DNA of 64,000 bases from Saccostrea cucullata (Eukaryota). The DNA lies in assembly GCF_032062105.1 (NCBI RefSeq), contig NW_026921725.1, positions 1-64,000 on the forward strand, read 5' to 3'. Made by a program: the position numbers and the translations under genes. The notes under the pieces are model-generated. The model ran no database searches. It saw only the letters and a program-made list of their open reading frames with translations, and had not been told where the DNA came from. Shown in pieces: positions 39,496 through 53,800 of the stretch (position 1 is the stretch's first letter; every line of letters begins with the position of its first letter).

Positions 39496-39920
39496 TGGAC
39501 TTTGTATTATGAAATTAAGTCATTTAGTCGTTTGATTTTCTAGTCATTTTGTACATGTAAATTGCAATTGATCATTTTGTGTCTATAGTTCAGATACTTA
39601 CCATTTCAGTGACTGACAGTTTGTGCTAGATAAGTGCATTATTCATTTTATATGTGTAAAATGATGAAAGTCTATTTTGTTTATGAAATTTGATGTTTTG
39701 ATGAAATTTTGTCAAATTTTCTAAAGAAAAGGGGATGTTGATGAAATGCTGTATACTATATTTGGAACGGGTTCGGAATTCGGGTCGGGTTCGGTGTATG
39801 AATTATTATGTTGTATGTGTATTGAAGAAACGCATGTTGTTGATCGTCACAGCTATTAATTATTCGTCCAGATAGCACGAATTAACACTTCCGTCTGTCT
39901 GTCTGTCTGTAAACAATTTT

Positions 39921-40053
39921 TAGGTCACCTGAGTAAACTCAGGTGACCTATTGCTATCCGTTTTCGGATCCACCTTAAAACATGAACCAAATTCTATTAT
40001 TTGAAAGTTGTTGCATGATTCTCAGGTGACCTATGAGGCCCATGGGCCTCTTG
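39921..40053 (+). mobile_element. Minimal HINE (family C)
   Basis: Head hairpin aggtcacctgagtaaactcaggtgacct, matching subTIR, tail ggcccatgggcctcttg; inserted in a T-run of family A. Confidence 0.8.
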
Positions 40054-41841
40054 TTCAAAGTGCGACTCCTCCTAAAGTTTTGGTCTGATTTCAATATAAC
40101 TTGGCACACAAATAGACTTAACTAAGGTACATAATTCTATGTATCGGTTTTTTAATTTCGATGAACGAAGTTGCCGTGGTTACTAAAAATAGAAATTTCC
40201 GTGAAATTCTTTCAAAATGCTACACCTCCTCCAATTTTAGTCGGATTTCAATATCACCCCTACTAATGTGTTCGGATGATATTCTTTATTGCTGTTAAGT
40301 GTAGCGTAACATCCGAGTGGTCGATTTGACCTCTAACGAGACCAGCCTCGAGACCGTGCGAGATCTGCACCAGTTCCTGTAAGATTTTGACAGGAAGTAG
40401 ATGTGTGTTTTGGGATTTATGCATTTAATGTAAGTAAAGCTCATTTTATTTGCCTTCATTCACTTGAACATTTTTTGCACATAAATTTTGATTCAATTAG
40501 TCTTTATTTATCGAATTTTATCACCTCAAACACATGAAACGAGAAACATTAAATCATGTAAATTTAGAGTTATCGTCCTTTGTTTACATGCCTCCACGTG
40601 GTTGGAAAAATAAACATCTTTTGGTGCTATAAAAATATATAGGGGTTGTCAATGCTTTTAAATTATTATAATAAATTATTTATGTTGTTCTTGGTGTTGT
40701 GAAATATTTTACCCCAGTGTTAAAAGAAGTGAAGATGATTCAATGTGCAGAAAATGATATAGTCTGTTTTACTTCTAACAATAGCAAATACACAATTTCT
40801 CAGTTACTTACATGTAATATATATGTAATAAACGTGTGAAGAAGTGCTTAATTAAATGAATATAGAATGAATGTGACATTCAAAAGATTAGAAATGGTAA
40901 ATGACATTGTAAACAACCCTCAAGTGATCAGCTGGTGATTATTATTCAGGCGCGGATCTAGAAATTTTTCAAGGTGGGGGGGGGTGAAGAGGAATAGTTT
41001 ATATAACTTACGTTTTACATAAACATGTACATGTAGTCAAATTACGCAAACTGGAGTATGGTTTTTAAAAATGGTAGGTTGATCAACCTGTGAAAAAAAT
41101 AATTGTACCTATAGATTACCTGAAATTTTTTGAAAGAGTGAAAAAAAAATCTCTGAACCTTTAAATCCTATTATGTAAAGAAGTAGGGTTTCATTTTGTT
41201 ATCACAACCAAATTTCTTTATATATTACAACATTAGCCTTTCAATGAACATTTTTCTATAATAAGAACACAATACACTATAGAAATTTGGGTCTTATTCT
41301 TTCTCTCTCTTATTTTGCAAATCAAAAGGGGGTAGGGAGTGCAGCGGGAGCCAGTCCAAACGCCCCCTAATAAAAACATCCCGGTCAAAGTGTCCCCTAA
41401 TTTTAGTCAAAGCGTCCCCTGATTTTAGTCAAAGCCCCCCCTAACATATTTTTATGGAAAAAATACTGCCACCAAATATTACTTTAAGATTATTTAAATT
41501 CCCTTGATCACAATCTTAGATGACATACAGACACTCAAACTGTAAAGCACTGAGTACTGAGCACATGAATGGTACTAGTAAGTAATTTGATTGATTCATT
41601 ATCATGCCTGGAGTGATTGTAATATTTCAAAAAGTCTGTCAAATGCTTAAAAACATAATTATTTTACACTCATGATGGTGGTTGTCAGTGTCCCTTATGC
41701 AAAAAATATAATTGCTTTAATAAATTCTCATAATTTTTATGATATTTTAGATTTTAATGACTAAAATGATTGATCATTATTGAAATAAAATATCTCTTAC
41801 AGACACGATGTAAAAGGCTAATTTATCTTCATCTTAAACAT

Positions 41842-41990
41842 AGGATATGGAGATAACGAACAGTATTTAATATCAAAGTCCATAAAACGATACAAAATAG
41901 GAGCAGAGCCAACACAGACCTCCGAAACATCAGAGGTGGGATCAGGTGCCATGGAGGAGGAGCATCCCCTGCGGACCGGTCACACCCGCT
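41842..41990 (-). mobile_element. Penelope-like 3' end fragment
   Basis: Similar to 430-548. Confidence 0.7.
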
Positions 41991-42019
41991 GTAAGCTCCT
42001 TGTCATGTCTTATCACCTG

Positions 42020-43060
42020 TTGTCTGGCCCAGAAAAACTGAAATTTATGTGGAAGCATCCTAGGGTAGAGTATATTGTAAATTGTTCAAATCATAACCCC
42101 CGGGGGTAGGACTGGGCCACAATAGGGAATCAAAATTTTACATAGAAATATGAAGGAAAAAACTTTAAAAATCTTCTTCTCAATTAAGAACCACTGGGCC
42201 AGAAAAGCTGAAACTTATATGGAAGCATCCTAGGGTAGTGTAGATTCTAAATTGTTCAAATCATGACGTCCAGGGGTAGGGCGAGGCCACAATAGGGAAC
42301 ACAAGTTTTAAATTGAAAGATATAGGAAAATACTTTAAAAATCTTCTTCACAGGAACTACTGGGCCAGAAAAGCTGAAACTTATGTTCACTGTTCAGGTA
42401 CCATTAGTGCTGTTGTGTCAGAAATTATTGAGGCATCATGTATCTGTGAAGATGAAGTTGTAGATCAGCCAAAAGACAATCCTGAAGTTGAAGTAGATGA
42501 CTCTGATTATGACTCTAATTTTTCTGATTTGAATGAAGATTCTGATTCAGAAAGTGAATATATTGAATGATTCAAATTCAAATATGCAAGCAATTGTGAA
42601 TAAAATCAAAAACTCTTATTTTATTGTATGTTTCAATTTCAGATTAATCATTTAAAGGGTCTGGGTGGTTGTGGCCATTCTCATACTATTTTGATCATCT
42701 TTAGAAGAAGAGTTCCACGATATAGAAAAATGATCATAGTTTAAAACTTAAATTTATAAAATTTTTCTTTGCCAAATGATAGTTGAGAGATTGAGATATC
42801 ATATCTAGGAAATGATGGTTAATTTGTTGACCCCCAGCCTCCTTAAGCAATAAAAAGTACATAGTCTGAACTCATTACTTATAATATTAATATTTAGTCT
42901 TATGTGGAAGCATCCATGGGTAGTGTAGATTTTGATTTTCCAAATTATGACCAATGTGGTAGGGTTGGGTCACAATATGTATTACAGTGGGGGAATGTGG
43001 TAAAGAACAGCATGGTCAAACCTACTCAGGTGAGCAATGTGGCCCATGGGCCTCTTGTTT
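42020..43060 (+). repeat. HINE family C fragments with ~168-bp core repeats
   Basis: ggccagaaaagctgaaactt...gggtagtgtagattc units; tail ggcccatgggcctcttgtt at ~43040. Related fragments at 4800-5000 and 13250-13390. Confidence 0.65.
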
Positions 43061-46000
43061 AGTACAGTTAAGTGTACACATGTATATTGAGGATATTCAA
43101 TGATTTGTAGTTGAATATGGAAATTATTTCATGTATGGGACAGGATATTTTGTCTCATTAGTTAAATAAATTCCATATTATTTAAATACGAAACATTGAA
43201 TTTTCTGTTTATTACATTTTCTTTGATTTTCCCTTTGCCTACGTCTTTTTTGTAATGTAGTCATATGCTACATGACATCATAGTTGAGCGGTCTATAAGT
43301 CAGCTTAAAGTGAAAAACATTGTAAACATAAATTTCAGCAATTAACATATTTGGGGAATGTTCGCAGTCTTACCTCTGTCAGTATGGTTTATTAAGTTGT
43401 TCTTAATCTTATAAGAGGCCAAGGAATATTTTTTACAACATTCCTTGTAATGGGAAGGAAAATCTCGAGTTTTCTCGCACTTCTGGTATTTTTCACACTG
43501 TGAAGGTATATCATTTTGATAACCTTTCACACTGTGAAAGAATATCATTTTATTAAATGAATAAATTACAGTATTTCACTGTTTAAAATGTAAAATGTAA
43601 TAAATTGGTTTATCTAATGTACATCTCAAAATTCTCAAAACACAAATGAATTTTTTAGCTGCAAGTGCGTTCTGTTACTTCATGGCTTTTTAATTCAGAA
43701 AAATACAAAATTCAGTCCTGAAGACAATATTCATTGATAAATGTCTTACACATGACCTTCTTAACTTCCTTTAAATCAAAGAATGGAAATTAACATTATA
43801 ATACACACTATTTCAAATGCCTTAATATTTCACTCTATTTATAGGTGTTTTTGACAAAGAAGGTTTAAAACCTTTGTGGACGTGGGTTTTGAAACTTCTT
43901 AAAACTCTGGAAGGATGAGGAAAAGGAATTTAAACCATTGAAATGGAACATGTCGCACAAGGTTATCATGGTAATATTGTTGATTTTGAACATGCATGCC
44001 AAAATTTGGTATGATATTGCATATTACAGTGTATATTAAGAAAAGTTCAACACATGCATTCATTCATGTATTTAAAGTATGCCCTTTGTCCACAAAGAAA
44101 TTTTAAAATCTTTTTATGAGGCTGATTGTATGAAATGATAGATAAATCGGCAGAATGCTTCACTTTTTTCTTATTTATTTAATTCAAAAATGAACATATA
44201 AAAATGTACATGTCACATTGGGGAAGATGTTCAGTATTTTTAAATTATATATTGGAATTTGTATCTCAAATGGGAGGATGGCTTTTCAAAGAAGATTTAG
44301 GTTTTGATGGAGATCAGCGATTTTCTTCAAGAATGATGCATTTGATATTACTATTAACAAATTTGAACAACTCCTAATATCCAGAACTTACAAATACCTG
44401 TACATTGTACTTTTGAAAACTGATACTTGTTAGGTACATTCATATTTTTCCCAAACCAATTGAAGGCAAAATATTTTCATGAGAATGGTTAGACTAAATG
44501 ACACAATGACAATCTCATATTCATGCAAAACTTTGCACTTGCAGTCATTTTTGCAAATTCAGATCTGCACATTTAAAGGAGTGGATACATGAGTGTTTTT
44601 GAATTAAAATCTGGAATTCCTGACAAGAAATGCACAAAATATTCATGTATCCAACCCTATATACTGATTTGACACTGGCTGCATATTTTTTTTTACACAG
44701 AAATATAATCTGACTTAATATTGTGACTTCTTTTTTGAATAACCATCACCTAGGGGTTAGTCACACTTTTCATGTGTAGAATGTCATTTTTAAAATGTTT
44801 AAAGAAAATATGGTTGTATTTTACTTTCAATTGACATGTCTCAGAGAAGCATCATGGTCCATATAGGCTTATAGTCGATTATAAATCTGAGTACATTTTA
44901 CACAATTTAATATGTGATTATTTTAAAAGTTATTAAATTTTATGTATACAACAACAGACTGATGTGATATGCTGTAAATTCCTTATTAAACGCAAGGAAT
45001 TTATTATTGAAATTTTGCATGTAGCATCACTTGCGAAATAAAATGTTTCACTTTTATTTTTATGGTACTGAAACCCATGCACATTCTTCTTATCAACCAA
45101 CCATTCACAAATATATATTCTTGCGATTTAATGTTTTTAAGAGCTATCTTGCAATAACAAGTACTCAAAAAAAGGAATCTGCAGTATGTACATGTATAAT
45201 CTTTGAATTGATGTTTGATTTTTTTTTCAAATCCAGATATCCATTTATAAAAGATGACAGCATATCAGCACTGCCTTAAGATTGGAGTTGAGACCTTGTA
45301 ATTTTTAAGCAGAAAATAAAGAACAGTTGCTGAATGAAACAGATACTCACAGAAGCAAATGTAATGAGCCCAAAATAATGGTGATCAAGTTTGAATGATT
45401 TTATTCTCTGGTTGAAATGTTATTGAAATGATACTACTGATCCAATTTTAGAAGTGGTTGACAATGAATACTAAGTATTTTGTTGTATATAAGTAATAAT
45501 GGCTTATTTTAAAACTGTATAAAGCTTGCAATGTTTATATCAAATGTAATGATATTGTGTAGGAATCACTTTTTTTTTAAGGATAAAAGATGTAATTTTT
45601 TTTTCAATCAGAATTTCCTAAAAAGACTTTCTAATGTAAATACATGTATAAATAAAAGAAGTTTATAATCCTTTCTTTTACTGTCATTGAAATACTGTAA
45701 CCATGGTAACAATGAACTGGAATTTTACACAAAAAATGTTTTAACATGAAAATTTCAAATTTCAAGGTTTTATGAAGTTTGAATTGCGGCTTATATTGCT
45801 TTTTATTGAACTATTTCCCTTATCCTTAGATTTGTTGTGCATTCTATGTAATAAATTTAATTTTGGAACATGGGAAAGGTCTTGTTTTGAACTCTGCTGA
45901 TTTTAACTCAAGCAGAGTAAATGTATTTAATACATGTACATCTATATATCACAAATGAAATGGCTATTTTAAAAAATATATACATGTACATGTATATCTG

Positions 46001-49000
46001 TAAAAATAATCAATCTTCCCAAAGAGTTTTTTCCCTTGTTCACAATGTAAAAAAAAAAAAAAAATCTGAATGATATATATGCATGACTGTTTTACAAAAA
46101 GCAAAGAGATAAATTTATTTTATGTTTTAGAAATGTCCTCATTGTGTCCAGTATCTGCTTTTCTAACAAGTATTAATGATGTTGAAATAAGCTGTGCTAA
46201 TATTAAAAAGTATTTTTATATCATGACATGTTTATGTATTGAACCCTGTTCATTGGAGCTGTGGCCAGAAGTGTTTGGCTAATACAGCTAGGGGTTCAAA
46301 ATATTACAGAGTGCGATTAAAATACAGAAATATATTTATTATCGTAAAACATATACTTAGAAAACATCTTGTTGGATCTTTTTTCAAGTATGATCTCAGT
46401 GAAAAGGAACTGGATCTGGTTGTATCAATATAAACTGTTGATACAACCCGGTCCTGGGTGTAAAAAGAGCTTACATGTACATGTATATATTCTAGATATT
46501 TATTTAAATGCTTTTGGGTCTATGAAAAAGGCACAATATGAAGAAATGTGAACATTTTTAGCCAAACTTGACATTGGGGACAGGGATATACTAAGTATGT
46601 GTAAGATCATGATCAAGTGACACCTACATGTAATAGTCAGCTAGATTGAAAAGGGTTATGTTTTGAAGTTTGCTAAATCATTCTAGGTATGACTAGGAAA
46701 TTAGATTTGTGTGTGTGTGTTTTCATACATGTCTCTCCCCCCCCCCCATTTTTATGTTTTTATGATTCTGACTAAGGATGTTGGTATTTAACAACCCCAC
46801 CCCCCACCACTCATGTGGACAAAGAATTCCTGGAACCATTCATACCTTCAATAAAAATATCCAAAGTGCTCTGGAAAATTTATTAAACCCTAGAGATAGG
46901 GTTTAAAATAAAGAAGTATGAAAATGGGAGAAAAAATATTGAGAAGCAGGATGGATAGGTCTCATCCCTCCTTTCCAAATAAAAATAAGTTGGAAAAAAG
47001 AGAAGAACTTGTGTTTGTTTCGGGGGGGGGGGGGGTAATTTCCTGCATGTCTAACCAACTTGACATGTTTAGGGATCCAGGTTCTGAGTCATTTAGATTG
47101 CATGTAATTCAGCATTCATAAAAAATATTTTTGTATCATTTAATTTTAATTTAATATATACTTATAACACTAGCTCTGAAATCCAAATAACTCCAAGCCC
47201 CCCCCCTTCCATACCCGTATGGATTATTGGATAATGGAACCACCTTTTAAAAGTATTCAATGTTCCTGAAACATGATGACGAAAATCTTGTTAACATTTG
47301 ATGTGTATCTTTAACTGTATAAAGGAATTGCTCGTAACTGGTTTGTCAAGATATGAGTTTTATATAGAAAACTATACTATAGGTGTGAACACTCTCCTTT
47401 ACTGCGAACCTAATGACCTTTGACTAGTTCAAGAGAAACCACGTGATGTAAATTTAAATAACAGCAACATTAGTAGGGGTGAATATAACATGGCACACAA
47501 GTAGACCTAACTAAGGTACATAATTCTGTGTATCGGTTTTTGATTTCGATGAACGGTGTTGCCTTTGTTTCTAAATATAGAAATTTTTCTGAAATGCTTT
47601 CAAAATGCTACACCTCCTACAGTTTTGGTCTGATTTCAATATTACTTGGTACACGAGTAGACTACACTAAGATACACAATTCTGTGTATCGATTTTTGAT
47701 TTCGATGAACGGTGTTGCCGTGGTTACTAAAAATAGAAATTTCTGTGAAATTCTTTCAAAATGCTACTTCTCCTACAGTTTTGGTCTGATTTCAATATAA
47801 CTTGGCACACAAGTAGACTACACTAAGATACACAATTCTGTATATAGGTTTTTAATTTAGATGATCGATGTTGCCATGGTTAATAAAAATAAAATTTCTG
47901 TGAAATTCTTTCAAAATGCTGCTTCTCCTACAGTTTTGGTCTGATTTCAATATAACTAAAAACACAAGTAGATAATACTTTGGTACATAATTCTGTGTAC
48001 TGGTTTTTGATATCGATGAACCCTGTTGCCATGGTTGCTAAAAATAGAAATTTCTGTGAAATTCTTTCAAAATGCTACTCCTTATACTGTTTAGGTCTGA
48101 TTTCAATATAACTTGGCACACAAGTAGACTTAACAAAGGTACATAATTCTTTGTATCGGTTTTTGATTTCAATGAACGAACGGTGTTGCCGTTGTTACTA
48201 TAAATAGAAATTTCTGAGAAATACTTTTAAAATGCTACTTCTCCTACAGTTTTGGTCTGATTTTAATATAACTTAGCACACAAGTAGGCTACACTAAGAT
48301 ACACAATTCTATATATCGATTTTAGATTTCGATGAACGGTGTTGCCTTTGTTACTAAAAATAGAAATTTCTGTGAAATACTTTCAAAATGCTACACCTCC
48401 TACAGTTTTAATCTGATTTCATTATAAGTTAGCACACAAGTAGACTACACTTAGATACATAATTCTGTATATCGATTTTTGATTTCGATGAACGGTGTTG
48501 CCGTGGTTACTAAAAATAGAAATTTCTGTGAAATACTTTCAAAATACTACTCCTCCTACAGTTTTGGTCTGATTTCAATATAACTTGGCACATAAGTAGA
48601 CTACACTAAGATGAACGGTCTAAAAATAGAAATTTCTGTGAGCTACTCCTCCTACAGTTTTGGTCTGATTTCATTTTAACTTGGTACACAAGTAGACTAT
48701 ACTAAGATACATAATTCTTTACATCGATTTTTGATTTCGATGAACGGTGTTGCCTTAAGTTTGTTTCTAAATATAGAAATTTTTCTGAAATGCTTTCAAA
48801 ATGCTACACCTCCTACAGTTTTGGTCTGATTTCAATATAACTTGGCACACGAGTAGACTACACTAAGATACACAATTTTGTGTATCGATTTGTGATTTCG
48901 AGGAATGATGTTGCCATGGTTACTAAAATTGAAAATACTCTAACAGTTTATTAATAGCTACTCCTACAGCTGTAGTCTTATTGCAGTATCTTGCCACAAA

Positions 49001-49499
49001 AAGAGCTCAATCCAGCATCATTATCCATTTATTGCTGTTGTAAAGTTTTAAGTCCCAACTGCTACTTTTGTCTTCATCTGTTACAAGTACAAACAAGTAG
49101 AGCTTCAGTCTCGACAGAGACTTCTGGTTTTCAAACTTGGGGAAATATGAAAATGTAACAGTTTGATCAAAAGCGCCGATATGTAGCCTGTAGGCCTAAC
49201 GCGCACTTGCTTTTACATTCGGTATTTATCACCTGTTTCGTCGAACTGTGTTCGTGATCAACACGTGTTGAATGCGTCGGTAAAAATTAATCATAAATTT
49301 AACAGTAGCTTTTTTTCAGAAAGAGTGGATCATTGATTTATAGAATATCCATGGGTTTTTTTTTCCGGTGCACATAAGCATAAAAAATTTCATTTGGCAA
49401 TGCCATCAAGAAATAATTTTTAAAATCCAGTGTAGTGCTACTTTTGAAAAAAAAAAAATCAAGTGTAGTTAAAAAAACACTTTTCAGTGTAATGCTGAT

Positions 49500-50056
49500 T
49501 TTTATGCGCCCGAATCGATAGATCCGAAGCGTATATTGTTTTTGTCCTGTCTGTTTGTCTGTTTGCTGAAAACTTTAACCTTCGCCATAACTCTTGAACC
49601 TTGAGATATAGAAACTTCATGTTTGATATGCATACTCCACTAATGAAGTTCTTTCAGAAGTCACAAAGGTCAATGACCTTGTGACCTTGACTGTGACCTA
49701 CATGCTAAAATAGCTTTTTCAAACCTTTGCCATAACTTTTGAAGCATAAGAGATAGAGACTTCATATTTGGTATGCATACTTCACTAATAAAGCTCATAC
49801 AAATGACACTAAAGTCATTGACCTTGTGATCTTGACTGTGACCTTAATGCTAAAAATAGCTATTTACGAACTTTTGCCATAAATTTTTAACCATAGGAGA
49901 TATAGACTTCATATTTGGTATGCATACTCCACTACTAAAGTTCTTTCAAATAACATTAATATCAATGACCTTGTGACCTTGACTGTGACCTATATGCTAA
50001 AAGTATTTTTTGTGACTTTGTTGCCGATGGGCGCATAGTGTTTCACAAACACATCT
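49500..50056 (+). mobile_element. HINE-like family D with ~150-bp repeats
   Basis: subTIRs tatgcgccc/gggcgcata, (GTYT)n, three gaccttgtgaccttgactgtgacc units, 3' hairpin gtgtttcacaaacac. Confidence 0.8.
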
Positions 50057-50840
50057 TTTTTTTTTTTACTATGGCCCGTATAGTGTATACTACAGTTTTC
50101 CAAAGCTATCTTTTTGATTTAGCTCCCTTTCTTTGTTGCCATGACTGTTAGGTAAACAGCGCGTAAATTCATAATGGACGATTGCGGGGAAAGCGATGCA
50201 GAGTCTGAAGTTTTGTTGTCTGATGGATCAGATATTGGTGTAGACGAATCCAATAATGAAGATTTTTCATCTGATACAGACAGTGACTCAGATTCCCAAA
50301 AACTCGGTCATCATTGTGTACATTATACAGTCAGTTGAGCGACGTTGGCGATGATTTCTGGTCCCACGAACTTCACGATATAGAGATTGCTGAGTTTCAA
50401 GAAGAGTATGGTCCCTCCCATGATTTTGATCCCTTGGACCATGTATACCGATACTTTCTGCTGATGTTACCAACAGCAATTTTTGGAAAGATAGCCGAGG
50501 AAGCTAACAGGTATGCACAACAGACAGCTGAGAGAACTGGGCAGCCTGATGCTGACTGGACCCCGACAAACGAAAGAGAGGTGAAGGCGTATTTTGGATT
50601 ATGGATTTTGATGGGGATTAATCAGTTACCAGATATTCATATGTACTGGTCTGATAACAAATATATAGGTAAGTGTAGGTAAATAAATAAGTAAAGAGGG
50701 AATGATACTGGGTGAGGTTTACATTTATTTATTTAGTAGTAATTCTACAAAATAAATAATTGTTATATGTTTATTTGAAAAAATCAGTTTCTTTGTACAT
50801 GTAACAATATAAGGGGAAATAAAATGTAAAGCATAATGCA

Positions 50841-53800
50841 AACTAGTGCTAATTGTAACGGGGACCGTTACAGATGTTCCCCAAACGCTCCCCAACTCCC
50901 TTTTGGTGCCATATTCCCTGTAAGCTTCATTAAATAGGACAAAATCTATGCATTTGAAACTTTAACAACGCCAAGTTCAATTAGTTCATTCAAATTTTAG
51001 CATTGCACGCGTGCGCATGTGAATGCATGTGCGTAATGACCATATAATCTTGTCTACACATTTTATATATTTTTTATATACTAAATGTTAAAGTATTTAA
51101 TCCAAAAGTATTAAGAAATACGCTCATTCAAGGGTATTTTTGATTTAACTCATTTCACGTGCACGCACGTGCATACACGAGCATGGTGACCATATCTTCT
51201 TGTAGAAGTCCATTACATCTATCTATGTTCTAAATCCCACCCCGATTGGTTAAAAACCAAGGGAGTTATAGCTGTTTAAAGTTTCAGCCAATCAGATTAC
51301 AGCACACGTACATGCACATGTATGCATGTGCATGGTGACCATACCTTCTTGTAGAAGTTCATTATATCTATCTATGTTCCAAATCTTATCCTGTTTGGTT
51401 GAAAACCAAGGGAGTTATAGCTAGTTAAAGTTTAAGCCAATCAGATTGCAGCGCACGTGCATGCACGTGTTTTCTTGATAATTGCAATATGTCATGTTGT
51501 AGGATATCTTAATGCATGTCTATGTTCAAAATTTCATAGGATTTCGTCGAAAAACAAGAAAGATATAGACACTTTAGTTTCAGCCAATCAGAGTGCAGCG
51601 CACGTGCATGCGCGTGAGATCTTGCTATTTTGACCATGTCATATTGTCTATGCCACTAATATATCTTTATATTATGAGTTTCAAAACATTTCATCAAAAA
51701 TGTAAAAAGTTACGCCAAAATCAATTAAATCGGTCATTTCACGTGTTGCACGTGCGCGCTCTTGCAAGCACGTGCGCGCAAAATGACCTTTGTTCGGCAA
51801 ATCTACATAACATGTCTACTGACCCTAAAAACATTTTACCTTAGTCTGATGTGTAGTTTACAAGATCACTCGTGGACAAAATTTTCCCAGGAAGAAGAAA
51901 AATAATAATAATAATAATAATAATAACTAGTGCTAATTGTAACGGGAACCGTTACAGATGTTCCCCAAACGCTCCCCAACTCCCTTTCGGTGCCATATTC
52001 CCTGGAAGCTTCATTAAATAAGACAAACTCTGTGCATTTTTGACTTTAACAACGTTTTTCCAGAAGGATACCAATTATATTCAATTTTTAGCATTGCACC
52101 CAAACGCATGTGAATGCATGTGCCTTATGACAATATCATCTTGTCTACACTATTTATGTATTTTAATATACTATATATTAAAGCATTCAGTCCAAAAGTA
52201 ATAAAAATCACTCATTCAAGAGTATTTTTAAATAAACTCCTTTCAAATGCACGCACGTGCGTGCACGTGCATGATGATCATACCTTCTTGTAGGAGTCCC
52301 TTGCATCTATCTATGTTCTAAATGCCATCCTGTTTGGTTGAAAAACAAGGGAGTTATAGCCATTTAAAGTTTCAGCCAATCAGATTGCAGCACACGTGCA
52401 TGCGCGTAATTTCATGATTTTTTGATATCATTTCGTAGGATATCCGAATGCATGACTTTATTTTAAATTTCAAAAAAATTTCGTCAAAAAACAAAAGAGA
52501 AATAGCCATTTAAAGTTTCAGCCAATCAGATTGCAGCGCACGTGCATGCGCGTGATTTCATGATTTTTTTTTCTATATCATTTTGTAGGATATACTAATG
52601 CATGACTATATTTTAAATTTCAAAGAATTTCGTCAGAAAACAAAGGAGAAATAGCCATTTAAAGTTTCAGCCAATCAGCTTGCAGCAAACGTGCATGCGC
52701 GTGATTTCATGATTTTTTTTCTGTATCATTTCGTAGGATATCCTAATGCATGACTATATTTTAAATTTCAAAAAATTTCGTCAAAAAACAAAGGAGAAAT
52801 AGCCATTTAAAATTTCAGCCAATCAGATTGCAGCGCACGTGCATGCGCGTGATTTCATGATTTTTTTCTATATCATTTTGTAGGATATCCTAATGCATGA
52901 CTATATTTCAAATTTCAAAGAATTTCGTCTAAAAACAAAGGAGAAATAGCCATTTAAAGTTTCAGCCAATCAGCTTGCAGCACGCGCACATGCGCATGCT
53001 TTAATGAAAATTCTTATATATCATGCGGTAGAACTTCATAATGTAGGACTATGTTCAAAATTTCAAAGAATTATGACAAGAAACAAGAAAGTTATTGAGA
53101 CTTTAGTTTCAGCCAATCAGAGCGAAGCGCACGTGCATGCGCGTGAGATCTTGCTACTTTGACCATGCTATCTTGTCTATACTACTAATGTATCCTTACA
53201 TTATGAGTTTCAAAAAAATTCATCAACAAATAGAAAAGTTACGGCAATATCCATTATATTGTTAATTTCACCAATTGCACGTGCGCGCTCTTGCAAGCAC
53301 GTGCGCGCAAAATGACCTTTGTTTGGCAACTCTACATAACATGCCTACTAACCCTAAAAAGGTTTCACTTAAGTCGGATGTGTAGTTTACAAGATCACTC
53401 GTGGACAAAATTTTCCCAGGAAGAAGAAAAATAATAAGAATAATAACTAGTGCTAATTGTAACGGGAACCGTTACAGATGTTCCCCAAACGCTCCCCAAC
53501 TCCCTTTTGGTGCCATATTCCATGTAAGTCGTATTAAATAATACAACATTTGTGCATTTTTGACTTTAACAACGTTTTCCCAGAAGGATACCAATTATAT
53601 TTTAAATTTAACATTGCAGGCGTGCGCATGTGAATGCACGTGCGTAATGATCATATCGTCTTATCTACACTTTCTATTTATTTAAATATACTCTATATTA
53701 AAGCATTTAGTCCAAAAGTATTAAAAATCACCAATTCAATTTCACTCATTCCAAATGCATGCACGTACGTGCACGTGCATGATGACCATACCTTCTTGTA

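Larger units (their letters stand above)
35386..39887 (+). mobile_element. Gypsy LTR retrotransposon 2, full length (4502 bp), identical 152-bp LTRs
   Basis: LTRs 35386-35537 and 39736-39887, TSD CTTCC, PBS TGGCGGCAGCG, PPT AAAGAAAAGGGGA. Confidence 0.97.
40255..47481. mobile_element. 7.2-kb non-autonomous CAC..GTG element with 5-bp TSD (Transib/CMC-like)
   Basis: 15-bp TIRs CACCCCTACTAATGT/ACATTAGTAGGGGTG; TSD AATAT; host 156-bp repeat resumes exactly after it. Confidence 0.88.
35309..49127 (+). mobile_element. HINE family A copy expanded by three nested insertions
   Basis: Head at 35309; microsatellite resumes at 39893; core resumes at 40054 and 47487; ~9 x 156-bp units at 47487-48930; tail palindrome at ~49110. 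Confidence 0.85.

Noticed and set aside
42313-42570. Acidic 85-aa ORF as a gene
   Set aside because: Its N-terminus is HINE repeat sequence; the acidic tail is an unassignable fragment.
40255-47481. RAG1/RAG2-like genes or RSS heptamer-nonamer
   Set aside because: No long ORF, RAG motif or nonamer is recognisable; only the CAC tip and 5-bp TSD match.
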